The position numbers and the translations under genes are program-made. DNA of 64,000 nucleotides, from NCBI RefSeq assembly GCF_009914755.1, contig NC_060933.1; one strand, 5' to 3'. Of the stretch, positions 1-13,530 are shown piece by piece. How positions within the stretch are numbered: position 1 is the stretch's first letter; each line of letters opens with the position of its first letter. The stretch is from the human T2T-CHM13v2.0 reference genome, Homo sapiens. The notes below the pieces were generated by a model. The model did not search any database, was not told the origin of the DNA, and worked only from the letters and a program-made list of their open reading frames with translations.

Positions 1-3000
1 AATGCAATGGAATGGAATCATCCGGAATGGAATGGAATGGTATGGAATGGAATGCAATCAACCTGATGCAATGGAATGGAGTGGAATGGAATGGAATGGA
101 ATGGAAACATCCCGAATGGAATGGAATGTAATGGAGTGTAAGGGAATTGAATAGAATCAATCCGAATGTAATGGAATGGAATGGAATGAAATGAAATGGA
201 ATGGAATGGAATGGAATCAACCAGAGTGCAATGGGATGGATTCGAATGGAATGGAATGGAATGGAATGGAATCAACCCGAGTGCAGGGGAATGGAATGGA
301 ATGGAATGCAATCGAATGGAATCATCCGGAATGGAATGGAATGGAATGGCATGGAATGGAATGGAATGGAATCAACTCGATTTCAATGGAATGGAATGGA
401 ATAGAATGGAATGGAATTAACACGAATAGAATGGAATGGAATGGAATGGAACAGAAAGGAATGGAATGGAATGGAATCATCCCAAGTGCAGGGGAATGGA
501 ATGGAATGGAATTCAATGGAATGGAATCATCCGGAATGGAATGGAATGGAATGGAATGGAATGGAGTGGAATGGAATGGAATCAACCCGTGTGCAATGGA
601 ATGGAGAGGAATGGAATGGAATGGAATGGAAACTACCCGAATGGAATGGAATGTAATGGAGTGTAAGGGAATTGATTAGAATGAATCCGAATGGAATGGA
701 ATGGAATGGAAAGGAATGGAATGGAATGGAATGGAATGGAATGGAATGCAATGCCATGGAATCAACCCGAGTGAAATCGAATGGAATTGAATGGAATGGA
801 ATGCAATGGAATGGATTCAACTTGAATGGAATGGAAAGAATGGAATCAACACGAGTGGAATGGCATGGATTGGAATGGAATGGAATGGAATCAACCCGTG
901 TACAGGGGAATGGAATGGAATGGAATGCAATGGAATGGAATCATCCGTAATGGAATGGAAAGGAATGGAATGTAATCGGATGGAATGCAGTGGAATGGAA
1001 TGGAATCAACTCGATTGCTATCGAATGGAATGGAATGGAATTAACCCGAATAGAATGGAATGGAATGGAATGGAATGGAACGGAAAGGAACGGAACGGAA
1101 TGGAATGGAATGGAATGGAATGGAATGGAATGGAATGGAATGGTATGGAATAGAATTGAATGGAATGGAATGGTATGGAATAGAATGGAATGGAAAGAAA
1201 TGGAATGGAATGGAATGGAATGGAATGGAATGGAATGGAATGGAATGGAATCGTTCCGAGTGGAATAGGAGGGAATGTATTCGAGTGGATTGGAAAGGAA
1301 TGGAATCAACCAGAGTGGAATGGAAGGGAATGGAATGGAATGGAAACTAATAGAATGGAATCAACCCGAGTGGAATGGAATGGAAAGGACTGGAATGGAA
1401 TGGAATGGAATGGAATGGAATGGAATCAACTCGATTGTAATGGAATGGAATGGAATGGAATGGAATGGAATGGAATGGAATGGAATTAACCCAAATACAA
1501 TGGAATGGAATGGAATGGAACGGAATGGACTGGAATGGAATGGAATCAACCCGAGTGCAGGGGAATGGAATGGAATGGAATGCAATGGAATGGAATCATC
1601 CGGAATGGAATGGAATGGAATGGAAAGCAAAGCAATGGAATCAACTCGATAGCAATGGAATAGAATGGACTGGAAAGGAATACATTGGAATCAACCCGAG
1701 TGGAATGGAATGGAAAGGACTGGAATGGAGTGGAATGGAATGGAATGGAATGGAATGGAATCAACTCGATTGGAATGGAATGGAATGGAATGGAATGGAA
1801 TGGAATGGAATTAACCCGAATAGAATGGAATGGAATTAAATGGAACGGAACGGAAAGAAATGGGATGGAATGGAATGGAATGGAATGGAATGGAATGGAA
1901 TCAACCCGACTGCAGGGGAATGGAATGGAATGGAATGCAATGGAATGGATTCAACTTGAATGGAATGGAAAGAATGGAATCAACACGAGTGGAATGGCAT
2001 GGATTGGAATGGAATGGAATGGAATCAACCCGAGTACAGGGGAATGGAATGGAATGGAATGCAATGGAATGGAATCATCCGTAATGGAATGGAAAGGAAT
2101 GGAATGGAATGGAATGGAATGGAATGGAATGGAATGGAATCAACTCGATTGCAATTGAATGGAATGGAATGGAAATAACCCGAATAGAATGGAATGGAAT
2201 GGAATGGAACGGAACGGAATGGAATGGAATGGAATGCAATGGAACGGAACGGAATGGAATGGAATGGAATGGAATGGAATGGAATGGAATCAACGCGAGT
2301 GCAATGGAATGGAGTGGAATGGAATGGAATGGAATGGAACAACCCGAATGGAATGGAATGTAATGGAGAGTAAGGGAGTTGAATAGAATAATTCCGAATG
2401 TAATGGAATGGAATGGAACGGAATGGAATTGAATGGAATGGAATGGAATGCAATGGAATGGAATCAACCCGAGTGCAATGGAATGGAGTGGAAAGGAATG
2501 GAAAGGAATGGAACAACCCGAATGGAATGCAATGTAATGGAGAGTAAGGGAGTTGAATACAATCAATCCGAATGGAATGGAATGAAATTGAAAGTAAGGG
2601 AGTTGAATAGAATCAATCCGAATGTAATGGAATGGAATGGAACGGAATGGAATTGAATGGAATGGAATGGAATGCAATGGAATGGAATCAACCCGAGTAC
2701 AATGGAATGAAATGGAATGGAATGGAATGGAATGGAATGGAATGGAATGGAATTGAATGGAATGGCTTCAAACCGAATGGAATGGAAAGGAATGGAAACA
2801 ACACGAGTGGAATGGAATGGAATGGAATGGAATGGAATGGAATGCTACGGAATAGAATGGAATGGAACGAAATGGAATGGAATGGAATGGAATGGAATGG
2901 AATGGAATTGTTACGAGTGGATTAAGAGGGAATGTATTCGAGTGGAATGGAAAGGAGTGGAATCAACCAGAGAGGAATGGAAGGGAATGGAATGGAATGG

Positions 3001-3772
3001 AAACTAATAGAATGGAATCCACCCGAGTGGAATGGAATGGAAAGGACTGGAATGGAGTGGAATCTAATGGAATGGAATGGAATCAAATCGATTGGAATGG
3101 AATGGAATGGAATGGAATGGAATCAACTCTATTGCAATGGAATGGAATGGAATGGAATGGAATGGAATGGAATGGAATGGAATGGAATTAACCCGAATAG
3201 AATGGAATGGAATGGAGTGGAACGGAATGTAATGGAATGGAATGGAATCAACCCGAGTGCAGGGGAATGGAATCGAATGGAATGCGATGGAATGGAATCA
3301 TCCCGAATGGAATGGAATGGAATGGAATATAATGGAATGGAATTAACACGAATAGAAAGGAATGGAATGGAATGGAATGGAACGGAAAGAATGGAGTGGA
3401 ATGGAATGGAATCAACCCGAGTGCAGGGGAATGGAATGGAATGGAATGCAAATAAATGGAATCATATGTAATGGAATGGAAAGGAATGGAATCGAATGGA
3501 ATGGAATGGAATGGAATGGAATCAACTCGATTGTAATCGAATGGAATGGAATGGAATTAACCCGAATAGAATGGAATGGAATGGAATGGAACGGAACGGA
3601 ATTGAATGGAATGGAATGGAATGGAATGGAATGGAATGGAACGGAAAGGAATGGAATGGAATGGAATGGAATGGAAAGGAATGGAACGGAACGGAACGGA
3701 ACGGAATGGAATGGAATGGAATGGAATCAACGCCAGTGCAGGGGAATGGAATGGAATGGAATGCAATGGAAT

Positions 3773-3787
3773 GGAATCTTCCGGAAT
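3773..3787. promoter_or_regulatory. Perfect three-unit heat-shock element (nGAAnnTTCnnGAAn); first of about 40 copies in the window
   Basis: Seen: gGAAtcTTCcgGAAt at 3773-3787. Established: this matches the canonical HSF1 trimer site, and HSF1 binds satellite III during stress. Binding at this particular copy is inference. Confidence 0.6.
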
Positions 3788-4899
3788 GGAATGGAATGGA
3801 ATGGAATAGAATGGAATGGAATGGAATGGAATGGAATCAACCAGAGTACAAGGGAATGGAATGGAATGTAATGCAATGGAATGGAATCATCCGTAATGGA
3901 ATGGAATGGAATGGAATGGAATGGAATGGAATGGAATGGAATTAACTCGATTGCAATCGAATGGAATGGAAGGGAATTAACCCAAATAGAATGGAATGGA
4001 ATGGAACGGAACGGAACGGAACGGAATGGAATGGAATGGAATGGAACGGAACGGAACGGAACGGAATGGAATGGAATGGAATGGAATGGAACGGAACGGA
4101 ACGGAACGGAATGGAACGGAATGGAATGGAATGGAATGGAATGGAATCAACCCGAGTGCAGGGGAATGGAATGGAATGGATTGCAATGGAATGGAATCTT
4201 CTGGAATGGAATGGAATGGAATGGACTGGAATGCAATGTATTCAACTCGATTGCAATGGAATGGAATAGAATGGAATGGAATGGAATGGAATGGAATTAA
4301 CCCGAATACAATGGAATGGAATGGAATGGAACGGAATGGAATGGAATGGTATGGAATGGAATGGAATGGAATGGAATGGTATGGAATGGAATGTAATGGA
4401 ACGCAATGCAATGGAATGGAATCATCAGGGATGGAATGGAATGGAATGGAATGGAATGGAATGGAATGGAATCAACCCGAGTGCAATGGAATGGAGTGGA
4501 ATGGAATGGAATGGAATGGAACAACCCGAATGGAATGGAATGTAATGGAGAGTAAGGGAGTTGAATAGAATCAATCCGAATTTAATGTAATGGAATGGAA
4601 CGGAATGGAATGGAATGGAATGGAATGGAATGGAATGCAATGGAAAGAAATCAACCCGAGTACAATGGAATGGAATGGAATGGAATGCAATGGAATGGAA
4701 TGGAATGGAATGGAATGGAATGGAATCAACCCGAGTGCAATGGAATAGAGAGGAATGGAATGGAAAGGAATGGAAACTACCCGAATGGAGTGGAATGTAA
4801 TGGAGTGTAAGGGAATTGAATAAAATCAATCCGAATGGAATGGAATGGAATGGAACGGAATGTAATGTAATGGAATGGAATGGAATCAACCCGAGTGCA

Positions 4900-7800
4900 G
4901 GGGAATGGAATGGAATGGAAAGCAATGGAATGGAATCATCCGGAATGGAATGGAATGGAATGGAATCAACTACATTGCAATGGAATGGAATCGAATGGAA
5001 TGGAATAGAATGGAATGGAAGTAACCCGAATAGAATGGAATGCAATAGAATGGAATGCAATGGAACCGAATGGAGGTGAATGGAATGGAATGGAATCAAC
5101 CGGAGTACAGAGGAATGGAATGGAATGGAATGCAATGGAATGGAGTCATCCGTAATGGAATGGAAAGGAAAGGAATGGAATGGAATGGAATGGAATGGAA
5201 TGGAATGGAATGGAATCAACTCGATGGCAATCGAATGGAATGGAATGGAATTAACCCGAATAGAATTGAATGGAATGGAATGGAACGGAACGGAATGGAA
5301 TGGAATGGAATGGAACGGAACGGAACGGAATGGAATGGAATGGAATGGAATGGAATCAACGCGAGTACAGGGGAATGGAATGGAATGGAATGCAATGGAA
5401 TGGAATCTTCCGGAATGGAATGGAATGGAGTGGAATGGAATGAAAGGCAATGGATTCAACTCGATTGCAATGGAATGGAATAGAATGGAATGGAATGGAA
5501 TGGAATGGAATGGAATTGAATGGAATGGAATGTCTTCAAACCGAATGGAATAGAAAGGAATGGAATCAACACGAGTGGAAAGGAATGGAATGGAAAGGAA
5601 TGGAATGGAATGGAATGGTACGGAATAGAACGGAATGGAACGAACTGGAATGGAATGGAATGGAATGGAATGGAATGGAATCGTTCCGAGTGGAATAGCA
5701 GGGAATGTATTCGAGTGGAATGGAAAGGAATGGAATCAACCAGAGTGGAATGGAAGGGAATGGAATGGAATGGAAACTAATAGAATGGAATCAACCCGAG
5801 TGGAATGGAATGGAAAGGACTGAAATGGAATGGAATGGAATGGAATGGAATGGAATCAACTCGATTGTAATGGAATGGAATGGAATGGAATGGAATGGAA
5901 TGGAATGGAATGGAAAGGAATTAACCCGAATACAATGGAATGGAATGGAATGGAAGGGAATGGAGTGGAAAGGAATGGAATCAACCCGAGTGCAGGGGAA
6001 TGGAATGAATGGAATGCAATGGAATGGAATCATCAGGAATGGAATGGAATGGAATGGAATGCAAAGCAATGGAATCAACTCGATTGCAATGGAATGGAAT
6101 GGAATGGAAAGGAATACATTGGAATCAACCCGAGTGGAATGGAATGGAAAGGACTCGAATGGAGTGGAATGGAATGGAATGGAATGGAATGGAATCAACT
6201 CGATTGGAATGGAATGGAATGGAATGGAATGCAATGGAATTAACCCGAATAGAATGGAAAGGAATGGAATGGAACGGAACGGAACGGAACAGAATGGAAT
6301 GGAATGGAATGGAATGGAATGGAATGGAATGGAATCAACCCGACTGCAGGGGAATGGAATGGAATGGAATGCAATGGAATGGATTCAACTTGAATGGAAT
6401 GGAAAGAATGGAATCAACACTAGTGGAATGGCATGGATTGGAATGGAATTGAATGGAATCAACCCGAGTACAGGGGAATGGAATGGAATGGAATGCAATG
6501 GAATGGAATCATCCGTAATGGAATGGAAAGGAATGGAAAGGAATGGAATGGAATGGAATGGAATGGAATCAACATGATTGCAATCGAAAGGAATGGAATG
6601 GAATTAACCCGAATAGAATGGAATGGAATGGAATGCAATGGAACGGAATGGAATGGAATGGAATGGAACGGAACCGAACGGAATGGAATGGAATGGAATG
6701 GAATGGAATGGAATGGAATCAACGCGAGTGCAGGGGAATGGCATGCAACGGAATGCAATGGAATGGAATCTTCCGGAATGGAATGGAATGGAATGGAATG
6801 GAATGAAATGCAATGGATTCAACTCGATTGCAATGGAATGGAATAGAATGGAATGGAATGGAATGGAATGGGATTAACCCGAATAGAATGGAATGGAATG
6901 GAATGGAACGGAATGTAACGGAATGGAATGGAATGGAATGGAATGGAATGGAATGGAATGGTATGGAATGGAATGGAATGGTACGGAATAGAATGGAATG
7001 GAACGAATTGTAATGGAATGGAATTGAATGGAATGGAATGGAATGGAATTGAATCAATGCGAGTGCAGGGGAATGTAATGGAACGGAATGCAATGGAATG
7101 GAATCATCCGGAATGGAATGGAATGGAATGGAATGGAATGGAATCAACCCGAGTGCAATGGAATGGAGTGGAATGGAATGGAATGGAATGGAACAACCCG
7201 AATGGAATGGAATGTAATGGAGAGTAAGGGAGTTGAATAGAATCAATCCGAATGTAATGGAAGGGAATGCAACGGAATGGAATGGAATGGAATGGAATGG
7301 AATGGAATGGAATGGAATGCAAAAGAATGGAATCAACCCGAGTGGAATGGCATGGAATGGAATGCAATGGATTGGAATGGAATGGAATCAACTCGAGTGG
7401 AGAGGAATGGAATAGAATGGAAAGGAATGGAATGAAGTCAACTCGAGTGGAATGGAATGGAATGGAATGGATTGGAATGGATTGCAATGGAATGAAATGG
7501 AATGGAATGGAATGGAATCAATCGTGGAAGGGAATGTAACGGAGTGGAAAGAAGGGAATGGAATCAACCCAAGTGGAATGCAAGGCAATGGAATGGAATG
7601 GAAAGGAATGGCATGGAATCAACTCGATTGCAATGGAATGGAATGTAATGGAATGGAATGGAATGGAATGGAATGGAATTAACCGGAATAGAATGGAATG
7701 GAATGGAATGGAACGGAATAGAATGGAATGGAAGGGAATGGAATCAACACGAGTGCAGGGGAATGGAATGGAATGGAATGCAATGGAATGGAATCATCCG

Positions 7801-9270
7801 GAATGGAATGGAATGGAATGGAGTCAACTCCATTGCAATGGAATGGAATGGAATGGAATGGAATAGAATGGAATGGAATTAACCCGAATAGAATGGAATG
7901 CAATAGAATGGAATGCAATGGAAACGAATGTAGTGGAATGGAATGGAATGGAATCAACCCGAGTACAGAGGAATGGAATGGAATGGAATGCAATGGAATG
8001 GACTCATCCGTAATGGAATGGAAAGGAATGGAATGTAATGGAATGGAATGGAATGGAATGGAATGGAATCAACTCGATGGCAATCGAATGGAATGGAATG
8101 GAATTAACCCGAATAGAATGGAATGGAATGGAATGGAACGGAACGGAATGGAAAGGAATGGAATGGAATGGAATGGAACGGAACGGAATGGAATGGAATG
8201 GAATGGAATGGAATGGAATGGAATCACCGCGAGTGCAGGGGAATGGAATGGAATGGAATGCAATGGAATGGAATCTTCCGTAATGGAATGGAATGGAATG
8301 GAATGAAAGGCAATGGATTCAACTCGATTGCAATGGAATGGAATAGAATGGAATGGAATGCAATGGAATGGAATGGAATTGAATGGAATGGAATGCCTTC
8401 AAACCGAATGGAATGGAAAGGAATGGAATCAACACGAGTGGAAAGGAATGGAATGGAAAGGAATGGAAAGGAATGGAATGGTACGGAATAGAACGGAATG
8501 GAACGAACTGGAATGGAATGGAATGGAATGGAATGGAATGGAATGGAATGGAATGGAATCGTTCCGAGTGGAATAGGAGGGAATGTATTCGAGTGGAATG
8601 GAAAGGAATGGAATCAACCAGAGTGGAATGGAAGGGAATGGAATGGAATGGAAACTAATAGAATGGAATCAACCCGAGTGGAATGGAATGGAAAGGACTG
8701 GAATGGAATGGAATGGAATGGAAATAACTCGATTGTAATGGAATGGAATGGAATGGAATGGAATGGAATGGAATTAACCCGAATACAATGGAATGGAATG
8801 GAATGGAACGGAATGGAGTGGAATGGAATGGAATCAACCCGAGTGCAGGGGAATGGAATGGAATGGAATGCAATGGAATGGAATCATCCGGAATGGAATG
8901 GAATGGAATGGAATGCAAAGCAATGGAATCAACTCGATTGCAATGGAATGGAATGGAATGGAAAGGAATACATTGGAATCAACCCGAGTGGAATGGAATG
9001 GAAAGGACTGGAATGGAGAGGAATGGAATGGAATGGAATGGAATGGAATGGAATTAACCCGAATAGAATGGAAAGGAATGGAATGGAACGGAACGGAACG
9101 GAACGGAATGGAATGGAATGGAATGGAATGGAATGGAATGGAATGGAACGGAAACGAATGGAATGGAATGCAATGCCATGGAATCAACCCGATTGCAATC
9201 TAATGGAATCGAATGGAATGGAATGCAATGGAATGGATTCAACTTGAATGGAATGGAAAGAATGGAATCA
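4900..9270 (+). repeat. Direct duplication at ~2.86-kb offset (approx. 4900-6400 vs 7760-9270)
   Basis: Seen: GTACAGAGGAA (~5105, ~7963), CGATGGCAATCG (~5222, ~8075), GAAAGGCAATGGATTC (~5442, ~8305) and GAACGAACTGG (~5638, 8501). Confidence 0.75.
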
Positions 9271-12200
9271 ACACGAGTGGAATGGCATGGATTGGAATGA
9301 AATGGAATAGAATCAACCCGAGTACAGGGGAATGGAATGGAATGGAATGAAATGGAATGGAATCACCCGTAATGTAATGGAAAGGAATGGAATGGAATGG
9401 AATGGAATGGAATGGAACGGAATGCAATGGAATGGAATGAACCCGAGTGCAATCGAATGGAATCGAATGGAATGGAATGCAATGGAATGGATTCAACTTG
9501 AATGGAATGGAAAGAATGGAATCAACACGAGTGGAATGGCATGGATTGGAATGGAATGGAATGGAATCAACCCGAGTACAGGGGAATGGAATGGAATGGA
9601 ATGCAATGGAATGGAATCATCCGTAATGGAATGGAAAGGAATGGAATGGAATGGAATGGAATGGAATGGAATGGAATGGAATCAACTCGATGGCAATCGA
9701 ATGGAATGGAATGGAATTAACCCGAATAGAATGGAATGGAATGGAATGGAACGGAAGGGAATGGAATGGAATGGAATGGAATGGAATGGAATGGAATGGA
9801 ACGGAACGGAACGGAATGGAATGGAATGGAATGGAATGGAATGGAATCAACGCGAGTGCAGGGGAATGGAATGGAATGGAATGCAATGGAATGGAATCTT
9901 CCGGAATGGAATGGAATGGAATGGAATGGAATGAAATGCAATGGATTCAACTCGATTGCAATGGAATGGAATAGAATGGAATGGAATGGAATGCAATGGA
10001 ATTAATCCGAATAGAATGGAATGGAATGGAATGGAACGGAATGGAACGGAATGGAATGGAATGGAATGGAATGGTATGGAATGGAATGGAATGGTACGGA
10101 ATAGAATGGAATGGAACGAATTGTAATGGAATGGAATTGAATGGAATGGAATGGAATGGAATGGAATCAACGCGATTGCAGGGGAATGGAGTGGAATGGA
10201 ATGGAATGGAATGGAACAACCCGAATGGAGTGGAATGTAATGGAGAGTAAGGGAGTTGAATAGAATCAATCCGAATGTAATGGAATGGAATGCAACGGAA
10301 TGGAATGGAATGGAATGGAATGGAATGCAATGGAATTGAATCAACCCGAGTACAATGGAATGGAATGGAATGGAATGGAATGGAATGGAATGATACGGAA
10401 TAGAATGGAATGGAACGAAATGGAATGGAATGGAATGGAATGGAATGGAATGGAATCGTTCCGAGTGGAATAGGAGGGAATGTATTCGAGTGGAATGGAA
10501 AGGAATGGTATCAACCAGAGTGGAATGGAAGGGAATGAAATGGAATGGAAACTAATAGAATGGAATCAACCCGAGTGGAATGGAATGGAAAGGAATGGAA
10601 TGGAATGGAATGGAATGGAATGGAATCAACTCGATTGTAATGGAATGGAATGGAATGGAATGGAATGGAATGGAATTAACCCGAATACAATGGAATGGAA
10701 TGGAATTGAACGGAATGGAGTGGAATGGAATGGAATCAACCCGAGTGCAGGGGAATGGAATGGAATGGAATGCAATGGAATGGAATCATCCGGAATGGAA
10801 TGGAATGGAATGGAATGCAAAGCAATGGAATCAACTCGATTGCAATGGAATGGAATGGAATGGAAAGGAATACAATGGAATCAACCCGAGTGGAATGGAA
10901 TGGAAAGGGCTGGAATGGAGTGGAATGGAATGGAATGGAATGGAATGGAATCAACGCGATTGTAATGCAATGGAATGGAATGGAATGGAATTAACCCGAA
11001 TAGAATGGAATGGAATGGAATGGAAAGGAACGGAATGGAATGGAATGGAATGGAATGGAATGGAATGGAATGGAATCAACCCGACTGCAGGGGAATGGAA
11101 TGGAATGGAATGCAATGGAATGGATTCAACTTGAATGGAATGGAAAGAATGGAATCAACACGAGTGGAATGGCATGGATTGGAATGGAATGGAATGGAAT
11201 GAACCCGAGTACAGGGGATTGGAATGGAATGGAATGCAATGGAATGGAATCATCCGTGATGGAATGGAAAGAATGGAATGGAATGGAATGGAATGGAATG
11301 GAATGGAATCAACTCGATTGCAATCGAATGGAATGGAATGGAATTAACCCGAATAGAATAGAATGGAATGGAATGGAACGGAACGGAACGGAATGGAATG
11401 GAATGGAATGGAATGGAATGGAATGGAACGGAAAGGAATGGAATGGAATGGAATGGAATGGAATGGAATCAACGCGAGTGCAGGGGAATGGAATGGAATG
11501 GAATGCAATGGAATGGAATCTTCCGGAATGGAATGGAATGGAATGGAATGGAATGGAATGGAATAAACCCGAGTGCAATGGCATGGAGTGGAATGGAATG
11601 GAATGGAATGGAACAGCTCGAATGGAATGGAATGTAATGGAGAGTAAGGGAGTTGAATAGAATCAATCCGAATGTAATGGAATGGAATGGAACAGAATGG
11701 AATTGAATGGAATGGAATGGAATGCAATGGAATGGAATCAACCCGAGTGCAATGGAATGGAGAGGAATGGAATGGAATGGAATGGAAACTACCCGAATGG
11801 AATGGAATGTAATGGAGTGTAAGGGAATTGAATAGAATCAATCCGAAAGTAATGGAATGGAATGGAACGGAATGGAATGGAATGGAATGGAATGGAATGG
11901 AATGGAATGCAATGGAATGGAATCAACCCGAGTGCAATCTAATGGAATCGAATGGAATGGAATGCAATGGAATGGATTCAACTTGAATGGAATGGAAAGA
12001 ATGGAATCAACACGAGTGGAAGGGCATGGATTGGAATGCAATGGAATGGAATCAACCCGAGTACAGGGGAATGGAATGGAATGGAATGCAATGGAATGGA
12101 ATCATCCGTAATGGAATGGAAAGGAACGGAATGGAATGGAATGGAATGGAATGGAATGGAATGGAATGGAATGGAATGGAATCAACACGATTGCAATGGA

Positions 12201-12914
12201 ATGGAATGGAATGGAATTAACCCGAATAGAATGGAATGGAATGGAATGGAACGGAACGGAATGGAATGGAATGGAATGGAATGGAAAGGAACGGAACGGA
12301 ACGGAATGGAATGGAATGGAATGGAATGGAATGGAATCAACGCGAGTGCAGGGGAATGGAATGGAATGGAATGCAATGGAATGGAATATTCCGGAATGGA
12401 ATGGAATGGAATGGAATGGAATGAAATGCAGTGGATTCAACTCGATTGCAATGGAATGGAATAGAATGGAATGGAATGGAATGGAATGGAATTAACCCGA
12501 ATAGAATGGAATGGAATGGAACGGAATGGAACGGAATGGAATGGAATGGAATGGAATGGAATGGAGTGGAATGGAATGGTATGGAATGGAATGGAATGGT
12601 ACGGAATAGAATGGAATGGAACGAATTGTAATGGAATGGAATTGAATGGAATGGAATGGAATGGAATGGAATCAACGCGAGTGCAGGGGAATGTAATGGA
12701 ACGGAATGCAATGGAATGGAATCATCCGGAATGGAATGGAATGGAAAGGAATGGAATGGAATGGAATCAACCCGAGTGCAATGGAATGGAGTGGAATGGA
12801 ATGGAATGGAATGGAACAACCCGAATGGAATGGAATGTAATGGACAGTAAGGGAGTTGAATAGAATCAATCCGAATGTAATGGAATGGAATGCAACGGAA
12901 TGGAATGGAATGGA

Positions 12915-13530
12915 ATGGAATGCAAAGGAATGGAATCAACTCGAGTGGAATGGCATGGAATGGAATGCAATTGAATGGAATGGAATGGAATCAACTCGAG
13001 TGGAAAGGAATGGAATGGAATGGAAAGGAATGGAATGAAGTCAACTCGAGTGGAATGGAATAGAATGGAATGGATTGGAATGGATTGCAATGGAATGAAA
13101 TGGAATGGAATGGAATGGAATCAATCATTCCGAGTGGAATGGAAGGGAAAGTAATAGAGTGGAAAGAAGGGAATGGAATCAACCCGAGTGGAATGCAAGG
13201 CAATGGAATGGAATGGAAAGGAATGGAATGGAATCAACTCGATTGCAATGGAATGGAATGGAATGGAATGGAATTAACCGGAATAGAATGGAATGGAATG
13301 GAATGGAACGGAATGGAATGGAATGGAAGGGAATGGAATCAACACGAGTGCAGTGGAATGGAATGGAATGGAATGCAATGGAATGGAATCATCCGGAATG
13401 GAATGGAATGGAATGGAATCAACTCCATTGCAATGGAATGGAATGGAATGGAATGGAATAGAATGGAATGGAATTAACCCGAATAGAATGGAATGCAATA
13501 GAATGGAATGCAAAGGAACCGAATGGAGTG
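12915..13530 (+). repeat. Rare ~0.6-kb satellite module (most complete copy; others at ~7310-7920, ~55825-56130 partial, ~60620-61245)
   Basis: Seen: GAAGTCAACTCGAGTGG, TCAATCATTCCGAGTGG, GAGTGGAAAGAAGGG, GCAAGGCAATGG, TTAACCGGAATAG and CAACTCCATTGC occur together only at these loci. Confidence 0.8.

Noticed and set aside
279-300. G-quadruplex or telomere-like potential at CAGGGG and TAAGGGAG
   Set aside because: These are isolated G3-G4 runs without three neighbouring G3 tracts, and there are no TTAGGG repeats.
1251-1290. TCGTTCCGAGTGG marker resembling a CENP-B box
   Set aside because: It lacks the TTCG....A..CGGG core, and there is no 171-bp alpha-satellite context.
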